Assembly: GCA_013202875.1 (NCBI GenBank)
Contig: JABMRD010000172.1
Span: 3,417-27,416 of the forward strand
Length of the DNA stretch: 24,000 nucleotides
Direction: 5' to 3'
Source: Actinomycetota bacterium
Lineage (GTDB): Bacteria > Actinomycetota > Humimicrobiia > Humimicrobiales > Humimicrobiaceae
Each line of letters begins with the position of its first letter. The first letter of the stretch is position 1. The position numbers were made by a program, and so were the translations under genes. This document shows positions 7,867-17,800 of this stretch, piece after piece. The notes below the pieces were generated by a model. It had not been told where the DNA came from. It saw only the letters and a list, made by a program, of their open reading frames with translations, and ran no database searches.

Positions 7867-8664
7867 ATGTTAGTAGTTGGCGAAAACATAAGTGTGGTGT
7901 CAAAAGTAGTAGGAGATGCTGTAAAAGACAGAAATGCCGAACCTATTATCAAGATGGCAAAGGAACAGAAGAATGCGGGAGCAGACTACATAGATATAAA
8001 TATTGGTCCGGCTACAAAAAAGGGTGAAGAACTTATGCAGTGGATAGTAAAAAGTATACAGGCTGAAGTGAACGCACCTCTCGTTCTGGATACTAAAAAT
8101 ATAAGTGCTATCGAGGCCGGTCTGGAAGTGCATAAGGGCACCGCTATGATTAATTCAGTTACCGGAGATAAAGATAAGCTTGATATTCTTATGCCGCTGG
8201 CAAAAAAGTATAACAGTAAAATTGTTGGAATTGCCCTGACTGAAAAAGGCGTGCCACCGGATGTTGATAGCAGAATAGAGATAGTTATGAATATAGTTAA
8301 TTCTGCTTTAGAATACGGCCTACCAATGGAGGACTTATACCTGGACCCTGTGGTGCTGCCGGTTGCAGTCCTTCAGGAACAGGTTTTTAATTGTATTAAT
8401 GCGCTGAAGGTTTTTAAGGAGCTTAAGGAATTAATGTCACTGCCTGATGAGCCCAGGACTATTGTGGGATTGAGCAATGTTTCCCAATCTTCCCCTCCGG
8501 GGCTTAAGAGTCTTCTTAACAGGGCATACCTGCTGATACTGCTGAGCAATGGCCTTGACAGCGCCATTGTTGATCCCCTTGATAAAGAGTTAATGAATGT
8601 TATAAAGACATACAATATATTAAACAATAAAATTCTGTATGCTCATTCCTATCTTGAACCATGA
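7867..8664 (+). CDS. Methyltetrahydrofolate:corrinoid methyltransferase (AcsE/MeTr-like pterin-binding domain)
   Basis: The 265-aa ORF aligns end to end with my recollection of AcsE: MLVVGENI, GADYIDINIGPAT, APLVLDTKN, AIEAGLEVHKGTAMINSVTGD, LYLDPVVLPV, IVGLSNVSQ, LDSAIVDP. Confidence 0.85.
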   Translation: MLVVGENISVVSKVVGDAVKDRNAEPIIKMAKEQKNAGADYIDINIGPATKKGEELMQWIVKSIQAEVNAPLVLDTKNISAIEAGLEVHKGTAMINSVTGDKDKLDILMPLAKKYNSKIVGIALTEKGVPPDVDSRIEIVMNIVNSALEYGLPMEDLYLDPVVLPVAVLQEQVFNCINALKVFKELKELMSLPDEPRTIVGLSNVSQSSPPGLKSLLNRAYLLILLSNGLDSAIVDPLDKELMNVIKTYNILNNKILYAHSYLEP

Positions 8665-9009
8665 TGGGAGACTGACTCTGAATTTATCTCCCTTCAATAG
8701 TAAGACATCTCCTATGATATCCCAATAATTTTGTGTGGCAGCTCTACGTTCCAGGAGGTGAGCATATTCTCTTCTCTTCTTGCCAGAATAAAGTTGTTAT
8801 AGAAAGGATATATTATAATTACCAATCCTATAATTATTAAAGCTATTCTTAAATATCTTATAAGTTTCCTTTTTTTATCCGGAAAGATTTTTTTGTATCC
8901 ATACTAGAAATACTGTCATTATTTTTTTATTTATAAAATTTATTTTTTCTATGTGGATTATTGGTTATAATTATTATAACAACCTGGCTTAATTAAAAAG
9001 GAGCGGAGA

Positions 9010-11944
<2,935 letters not shown>

Positions 11945-11979
11945 GTTTTTATAAGTTTTTAAATACGATTGGTAATAAA

Positions 11980-12729
11980 TTGAAAGAGGCAAATTCAACT
12001 GAAAAACAGAACAATGTTTTAAATATAAAGTGGAATACCCTTGATGCTGTAATCTCCTTAATATTTTTGATTGGTGCACTTGCAGGCATTTATTTTGGGT
12101 CTGCAAAACTGTTTGAAGTACTGGCCGGCGAGCAGTTCTTTAACTCTTCCAATATTAGCAATGCAAGCTTTACTGTGTTATATGGAATTCAGACAGTGCT
12201 TATGCTTGGGGTGGTCTGGTTTTTTGCCATATTCAGGAGGAAATCAAATTTAAGGGATCTCGGCTTTAGGTATTACAGTATAGCAAAAACTATCTGGTAC
12301 TCTTTTCTTTCGCTGCTTGTTATTTTTTTTGTCGGAATCCTGTATATGTTTTTAATGAATTCACTGTTTGGGATAGAAAACCCTGAGAGCAAGATTGAAA
12401 TACTTGTCGGAAACAGAAGCATATCAAGCAATATCCTGCTTGTAGTAGTGACGGCGATTGCCCCTTTTAGCGAAGAAGTTTTTTTCAGAGGATTTTTGTA
12501 CTCAGCATTTAAGAAAAGCTGGGGTGTCAATGTTGCACTGTTTTTGTCCTCTTTTTTATTTGCCATAGTCCACCTGCAATTATATAGTTTCATACCTCTT
12601 ATAATTATTGGGTGGCTTCTGGCTTATCTGTTCGAAAAAACAAAATCCCTGCTTATGCCAATCTTTTTGCATGGAGTGTACAACCTTATTCTAATATTGT
12701 TTTTACTGGGAAGGCTGGAAATTATATAA
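11980..12729 (+). CDS. CPBP family (CAAX-type) intramembrane glutamic protease
   Basis: Polytopic 249-aa ORF with a TTG start. It has the CPBP motifs EEVFFRGFLY, FLFAIVH and FLHGVYN. Confidence 0.8.
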   Translation: MKEANSTEKQNNVLNIKWNTLDAVISLIFLIGALAGIYFGSAKLFEVLAGEQFFNSSNISNASFTVLYGIQTVLMLGVVWFFAIFRRKSNLRDLGFRYYSIAKTIWYSFLSLLVIFFVGILYMFLMNSLFGIENPESKIEILVGNRSISSNILLVVVTAIAPFSEEVFFRGFLYSAFKKSWGVNVALFLSSFLFAIVHLQLYSFIPLIIIGWLLAYLFEKTKSLLMPIFLHGVYNLILILFLLGRLEII

Positions 12730-12760
12730 ATGTATTAATAGAAAAAAATATTTGTTAAAA

Positions 12761-12769
12761 TGTTATAAA
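12761..12769 (+). promoter_or_regulatory. Extended -10-like TGTTATAAA upstream of gatC
   Basis: TGnTATAAA pattern about 70 nt upstream of the gatC ATG. It is immediately followed by a GC-rich hairpin (12774-12802). Only weakly supported. Confidence 0.25.
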
Positions 12770-12841
12770 AACCCGCCAGGACCCTCCCGTCCGCTTGTGG
12801 CGTGAATGAATCGGCAAAAGATTTTCAAAAAAGGATAGTTT

Positions 12842-13129
12842 ATGGAAAGAATTTCTAAAGATGATGTGAAGCATGTAGCAGAACTGGCGGAACTGGAATT
12901 CAATGAAAAGGATATAGAAAAAATCACCTCTCAACTGGACAGGATACTGGACCACGTTGCAAATGTAAGCAGTGTAAATACCGAAGGAATTCCGCCGACA
13001 TCACATATACTGGATATAAAGAATGTTTTCAGGGAGGATATGGCAGAAAAATCAGTTACCCAGGAGTCCGCGCTTAAAAATGCCCCTGATGAGGCAAATG
13101 ATGGCTTTAAAGTGCCAAAGATAGACTAG
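12842..13129 (+). CDS. gatC: Asp/Glu-tRNA(Asn/Gln) amidotransferase subunit C
   Basis: 95-aa ORF with a typical GatC N-terminus (ISKDDVKHVAELAELEFNEKDIEKITSQLDRILDHV). It lies directly upstream of gatA. Confidence 0.9.
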   Translation: MERISKDDVKHVAELAELEFNEKDIEKITSQLDRILDHVANVSSVNTEGIPPTSHILDIKNVFREDMAEKSVTQESALKNAPDEANDGFKVPKID

Positions 13130-13149
13130 TAAACTAGTAAGGAGAAATT

Positions 13150-14607
13150 TTGGAAATTCATTATCTTACTGCTCACCAACTTAAAGACAGGCTGGAAAAA
13201 AGACAGATATCCTGCACTGAAATTGTTGAAGGTGTATATTTGAGAATTGAAGAGGTTGGGGACAGGCTAAATTCATATATCAGACTGGAGAAGGAAAGTG
13301 CCTTATCCAGGGCAGGGGAAGTAGATAAGCTTATAAGCGCCGGCAGTGATATAGAAGATTTTATGGGCATACCAATTGCCATAAAAGACAATATATGTAC
13401 CAAAAATATAACTACAACCTGTGCATCCAGAATTTTAGAAAACTATATCCCTATATATAATGCTACGGTAATTGACAGACTGGAAAGCCGGAATTATATA
13501 CTGGCTGGAAAGGCAAATATGGATGAGTTTGCAATGGGCTCGTCCAATGAAAACTCATATTTTGGGACTGTTAAAAACCCATGGGATACTGACAGGGTGC
13601 CGGGCGGGTCCAGCGGTGGACCTGCAGTCTGTGTTGCAGCAGGTGAGGCTGTATGCTCGCTGGGATCTGATACCGGCGGCTCAATAAGGCAGCCTGCATC
13701 TCTTTGCGGTGTTGTCGGATTTAAGCCCACATACGGAATGGTGTCCAGGTATGGACTGGTAGCGTTTGCATCTTCACTTGACCAGATAGGGCCGCTTACA
13801 AGAGATGTTGAAGATTGCGCAGCGATGCTTAATATAATCTGCGGCTATGACAGAAAAGATTCCACCTCTATAAATGTGGAGGTTCCGGATTATAAAAGCT
13901 TTCTTAAGGCAGACATAAAAGATATGAGGATCGGGGTTCCGAAGGAACTGATGGTTGAAGGTATCGACCGGGAAGTAAAAGAAGCAGTTTACAGGATCAT
14001 CAAACTGGTTGAAGATATGGGTGGTATAGTTGAAGAGATCTCATTGCCAAGCCTGGAATATGCGCTGAGCGTGTATTACATTATTGCCCCTTCTGAAGCC
14101 AGTTCAAACCTTTCAAGATTTGATGGAGTAAGATATGGATACAGGAACGTGGAAGCGGGGGCCTTAAGGGAAATGTACCGCAGAAGCAGGGCAGAGGGAT
14201 TTGGAGATGAGGTTAAAAGAAGAATAATGATAGGAACCTACTGTCTGTCAGCAGGATATTATGATGCGTATTATGAGAAGGCACAGAGAGTAAGAACGCT
14301 CGTTATAAATGATTTTAAAAAAGCTTTTGAAAAATTTGATGTTCTGATCTCTCCGACATCGCCTACTACGGCTTTTAAGATTGGAGAGAAGATGGAAGAT
14401 CCATTGACCATGTATCTTTCGGATATCTGCACTATACCGGTAAATCTGGCGGGACTGCCGGCAATTTCAATTCCTGCAGGGCTGTCAGGCAGTAAATTGC
14501 CCATTGGATTGCAGATTATTGGAAACGTATTGAGAGAGGATAATGTGCTTAAGGTAGCTTACAGCCTGGAGAAGGCAATAGGCTTTACCGGCAGGCCTGG
14601 GTTATAA
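13150..14607 (+). CDS. gatA: Asp/Glu-tRNA(Asn/Gln) amidotransferase subunit A
   Basis: 485-aa ORF with a TTG start 7 nt after AAGGAG. The amidase signature is present (GGSSGGPAV, GSDTGGSIRQPA, KPTYG). Confidence 0.93.
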   Translation: MEIHYLTAHQLKDRLEKRQISCTEIVEGVYLRIEEVGDRLNSYIRLEKESALSRAGEVDKLISAGSDIEDFMGIPIAIKDNICTKNITTTCASRILENYIPIYNATVIDRLESRNYILAGKANMDEFAMGSSNENSYFGTVKNPWDTDRVPGGSSGGPAVCVAAGEAVCSLGSDTGGSIRQPASLCGVVGFKPTYGMVSRYGLVAFASSLDQIGPLTRDVEDCAAMLNIICGYDRKDSTSINVEVPDYKSFLKADIKDMRIGVPKELMVEGIDREVKEAVYRIIKLVEDMGGIVEEISLPSLEYALSVYYIIAPSEASSNLSRFDGVRYGYRNVEAGALREMYRRSRAEGFGDEVKRRIMIGTYCLSAGYYDAYYEKAQRVRTLVINDFKKAFEKFDVLISPTSPTTAFKIGEKMEDPLTMYLSDICTIPVNLAGLPAISIPAGLSGSKLPIGLQIIGNVLREDNVLKVAYSLEKAIGFTGRPGL

Positions 14608-16193
14608 CAGATTACAGATGTTTTTATCAGCTTATGCAAGAATGGTTTTTTTAAATTAATAACTAGTATATCTGGACTGGAGAAGTCAACTACCTCTCTC
14701 TAAAGGAAGAGGCTTGAATAAAGTCTCTGGTTGACTAGGAGGCATAGTTATTATGCAGAAGTTAAAAGAAAGAAATACATACACACCTACAGTTATTCCG
14801 CAAGATTGTAGCAACTGTGGTTTGTCATTAAACAGTCCTTTTGAGGTACGGGACAGTGTGGCAAGCTTAAAAACTTCTTTTAACAGCTCCGATGCGGCTC
14901 TCACTGCCAGAGAACAGGCAGGACAGAACTTGCGAGTATCTGTCGTAAATGTTCTCAATAAAAGAGGAGTTCCCCTGATGCCTTGCAAACCTCAAAAGGC
15001 TAGAAGACTTCTTAAAGAAGGAAAAGCTAAGGTATTAAAGAGAACCCCGTTTACTATTCAATTGTTATATACAACTGGAGAATCAAAACAAAATCTTACA
15101 TTAGGGGTAGATGCTGGATACTCTAATGTAGGTTTGTCTGTAGTTTCAGCAGATAAAGAATTGTATTCAGCAGAATTAAAATTAAGAACTGATATGGTTA
15201 AGCTCAATTCAGAGAGGGCTACGTACAGAAGAACCAGAAGAAGTAGAAAGACGTGGTATAGAAAAGCAAGATTTCTTAATAGAAAGAAACCACAGGGATG
15301 GTTAGCTCCCTCGATCCAAAATAAGCTGGATACTCATTTGAAGATTATCGAAAGAATAAGGGGTATTCTTCCTATTTCTAATGTAGTTATAGAAGTAGCT
15401 GCGTTTGATACACAAAAGATCCAGAATCCAGAAATTACGGGAGTTGAATATCAGCAAGGTGAACTGGTGGGATATAAAATCAGAGAATACTTATTAGAGA
15501 AATGGAAAAGGAAATGTGCTTACTGTGGGGAAAAAGACATTCCTCTCGAAATTGAACATATTATACCAAAATCAAGAGGTGGCTCCAGCAGGATATCCAA
15601 TCTAACGATTTCCTGCAACAAATGTAATTTAAAGAAGGGCAACAAAACAGCAGAAGAATTTGGACATCAAGAAATACAGAAACAGGCTAAAGAATCCTTA
15701 AGAGCGACTGTATTTATGAATAACGTTAGATGGAAATTAGTAAATCTACTGGGTTGTAAATGGACTTATGGTTATATAACAAAACACAATAGGATTAAAT
15801 TAGGATTAAAAAAATCACATTCTAACGATGCTTTTATTATAGCAGGGGGTTCAACACAAAAAAGAAACGATCAAATATTTTGGATTAAACAGGTTAGAAA
15901 ATGTAATCGGAAACTTTTTAAAGGGAAAAGAAGTCATCTTAAAAATACTGCACCGAGGTTCGTTAAAGAGTTTCAACGTTTTGACAAAGTGCTTTGGAAA
16001 AATATTGAATGCTTTATCTTTGGAAGAAGAAGTACAGGATACTTTGATATTAGAATGTTAAATGGCCATAAACTTTCTTCGAGTGCAAAAGCTAAAGATT
16101 TAAAATTATTAGAGACCTTTAAAACATTATTAACAGAAAAAATGCGTTTCCTCCCCTACCTAAAGGATGGGGTCTCCGCACAAAGGATGGAAG
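14608..16193 (+). mobile_element. Non-autonomous IS200/IS605-type IscB (OMEGA) element filling the gatA-gatB spacer; ends approximate
   Basis: A ~1.6-kb spacer lies between genes that are normally adjacent in an operon. It contains a candidate omega RNA plus iscB and no tnpA. Exact ends cannot be set without an empty-site comparison. Confidence 0.6.
14640..14935 (+). ncRNA. Candidate IscB omega RNA (HEARO-type guide RNA scaffold); boundaries approximate
   Basis: This is the expected position, immediately 5' of and overlapping the iscB start. Nested stems are present: 14684-14690/14730-14736 and 14693-14697/14708-14712, plus 14787-14792/14806-14811. Possible long-range pairs are 14674-14679/14833-14838 and 14725-14730/14907-14912. 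It is more GC-rich than the other spacers. No covariance search was possible. Confidence 0.5.
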
Positions 16194-16210
16194 ATGAAAA
16201 ACGAATATGA
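14753..16210 (+). CDS. iscB: IscB RNA-guided endonuclease (PLMP, RuvC-I, RRXRR bridge helix, RuvC-II, HNH, RuvC-III, C-terminal TID-like tail)
   Basis: Motifs in order: VPLMPCKPQKARRLLKEGKAKV; LGVDAGYSNVGLSVV; YRRTRRSRKTWYRKARFLNRKKPQGWLAPSI; VVIEVAAFDTQKIQNPEITGVEYQQGEL; CAYCGEKDIPLEIEHIIPKSRGGSSRISNLTISCNKCNLKKGN; KSHSNDAFIIAG; FGRRSTGYFDIRMLNG. Coordinates are the maximal ORF. IscB homology starts near 14936, so TTG 14930 is an alternative start. Confidence 0.9.
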   Translation: MQKLKERNTYTPTVIPQDCSNCGLSLNSPFEVRDSVASLKTSFNSSDAALTAREQAGQNLRVSVVNVLNKRGVPLMPCKPQKARRLLKEGKAKVLKRTPFTIQLLYTTGESKQNLTLGVDAGYSNVGLSVVSADKELYSAELKLRTDMVKLNSERATYRRTRRSRKTWYRKARFLNRKKPQGWLAPSIQNKLDTHLKIIERIRGILPISNVVIEVAAFDTQKIQNPEITGVEYQQGELVGYKIREYLLEKWKRKCAYCGEKDIPLEIEHIIPKSRGGSSRISNLTISCNKCNLKKGNKTAEEFGHQEIQKQAKESLRATVFMNNVRWKLVNLLGCKWTYGYITKHNRIKLGLKKSHSNDAFIIAGGSTQKRNDQIFWIKQVRKCNRKLFKGKRSHLKNTAPRFVKEFQRFDKVLWKNIECFIFGRRSTGYFDIRMLNGHKLSSSAKAKDLKLLETFKTLLTEKMRFLPYLKDGVSAQRMEDEKRI

Positions 16211-17645
16211 ACCGGTTATAGGCTTAGAGACCCATGTTGAACTTTATACCAATACCAAGATGTTTTGCGGGTGCAGGCTTTCATTTGGTGAGGAGAAAAA
16301 TATATATACCTGTCCTGTATGTCTGGGACATCCAGGGTCACTTCCAGTTATAAATAAAAAGGCAATTGAATATGCCGTAAAGATTGCCCTGGCACTAAAT
16401 TGTAAGATTAAAAAATATACTATATTCCACAGAAAAAATTATTTTTATCCAGATATGCCCAAAAATTACCAGATTTCACAGTATGACATGCCTCTGGGAG
16501 TCGGAGGCTACCTTGATATTGATATGGGCAGCTATATAAGGAGAGTGGGAATAACCAGGGTGCATATGGAGGAAGATACGGGGAAACTCCTGCATAAGGG
16601 AACAACCGGAAGAATAAGTGAATCCGAAGCCAGTATAGTTGATTTTAACCGTGCCGGGACTCCTCTTATAGAAATTGTTACGGAGCCGGATATAAGATCA
16701 CCAGGGGAAGCAAAGGGATATATGATAACGCTAAGGAATTTAATTCTGTTTCTGAATGTCAGCGATTGCAGTATGGAAGAAGGGAGCTTGAGGTGTGATG
16801 CCAATGTTTCTGTAAGAAAAACATGCGAAGATAAAATTGGCACAAAGAACGAGATTAAAAATTTAAACTCCTTTAAATTCCTGCAAAAAGGGCTGGAATA
16901 TGAAGTTAAAAGACAGATTAAAGTTCTGGAGACAGGCGGTGAAGTAATTCAGCAGACAAGGCATTATGACAGCAAAACAGGAACCACCAAAGTCCTGCGT
17001 TCTAAAGAAGAAGCCCATGACTACAGATATTTTCCGGAGCCAGATCTGGTTCCTATTTATATAGAGGATAAGATGATAGAGGATATTAGAAAAACAATTC
17101 CCGAGCTGCCTTCTGTAAAAGCTAAAAGATTTGAGAAGCAGCACGGCCTACCCAAATATGACAGCAGCTTTCTGGCTAATAATAAAGATCTGTCAGATTA
17201 TTTTGAGCAGTGCTGCAGGCATTATAATAATGCTAAAAATATTGCCAACTGGATAATGGGTGACTTCAGCGCACTTCTAAATAAAGAAAAAATAATCATT
17301 AAAGATAGCAGGGTAACTCCTGAGAACCTATGCAAGATGCTGGAAATAATCGATAAGGGCAAAATCAATTCTAAAATAGCCAAGGCAGTATTTGAAGAGA
17401 TGTTCAGCACCGGGGGGGACCCACAGAAGATTATTGAGGATAGGGGGCTGGAGCAGATAAGCGATGAAGGTTTGCTTGAAGCCATTATTGAAGAGGTCGT
17501 TAAAGATAATCCCGGCGCGGTGGAACAGTTCAGGGAGGGAAAGGATAAAGCTATAGGCTTTTTAATCGGAAGAGTAATGGCTAAAACCAAAGGCAAGGCA
17601 AATCCCAGAATAGTAAATGATATTATAACTAAAAAATTAAGTTGA
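16194..17645 (+). CDS. gatB: Asp/Glu-tRNA(Asn/Gln) amidotransferase subunit B
   Basis: MKNEYEPVIGLETHVEL is the canonical GatB N-terminus, followed by CPVCLGHPGSLPV and a C-terminal YqeY-like tail. ATG 16194 sits behind AAAGGA. The 9 extra codons from ATG 16167 in the ORF track are not homologous. Confidence 0.93.
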   Translation: MKNEYEPVIGLETHVELYTNTKMFCGCRLSFGEEKNIYTCPVCLGHPGSLPVINKKAIEYAVKIALALNCKIKKYTIFHRKNYFYPDMPKNYQISQYDMPLGVGGYLDIDMGSYIRRVGITRVHMEEDTGKLLHKGTTGRISESEASIVDFNRAGTPLIEIVTEPDIRSPGEAKGYMITLRNLILFLNVSDCSMEEGSLRCDANVSVRKTCEDKIGTKNEIKNLNSFKFLQKGLEYEVKRQIKVLETGGEVIQQTRHYDSKTGTTKVLRSKEEAHDYRYFPEPDLVPIYIEDKMIEDIRKTIPELPSVKAKRFEKQHGLPKYDSSFLANNKDLSDYFEQCCRHYNNAKNIANWIMGDFSALLNKEKIIIKDSRVTPENLCKMLEIIDKGKINSKIAKAVFEEMFSTGGDPQKIIEDRGLEQISDEGLLEAIIEEVVKDNPGAVEQFREGKDKAIGFLIGRVMAKTKGKANPRIVNDIITKKLS

Positions 17646-17734
17646 TCATATGCCAAAAATTAATATAATCTTAATTTTGATAAAGATTGATTTTTTAAAA
17701 AATATTTAATTATAAGTTTATGACTGGAGTTGGT

Positions 17735-17762
17735 TTGACTGTGAATACCAGGCTTATATAAT
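17735..17762 (+). promoter_or_regulatory. Near-consensus sigma-70-type promoter (TTGACT-16 nt-TATAAT) upstream of pfk
   Basis: TTGACT is at 17735-17740 and TATAAT at 17757-17762, with a 16-nt spacer. It lies about 40 nt upstream of the AGGAGG SD and ATG 17801. Confidence 0.5.
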
Positions 17763-17800
17763 ACAAATAAATTATTATTTTATTATAGGAGGAGATAAAA

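Noticed and set aside
8752-8760. Strong SD-like AGGAGGTGA on the plus strand in the 8665-9009 spacer.
   Set aside because: Only a 12-codon frame from a non-canonical ATA follows it. The sequence is more simply the antisense of the minus-strand open frame described in the findings.
14608-14680. Attempt to name the exact omega RNA guide, the TAM and the left-end hairpin.
   Set aside because: I could not identify a convincing subterminal hairpin or conserved scaffold start by eye. Any specific guide or TAM call would be invented without an empty-site or multi-copy comparison.
14686-14988. 100-aa minus-strand ORF across the iscB upstream region.
   Set aside because: It is antisense to the candidate omega RNA and the iscB 5' end, has no motifs, and is better explained as a chance open frame in relatively GC-richer RNA-coding sequence.
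16167-16193. Upstream ATG 16167 as the gatB start (MGSPHKGWK extension in the ORF track).
   Set aside because: GatB homology begins exactly at MKNEYEPVIGLETH (ATG 16194) with AAAGGA just upstream. The 9 extra codons lie in the element's terminal sequence.
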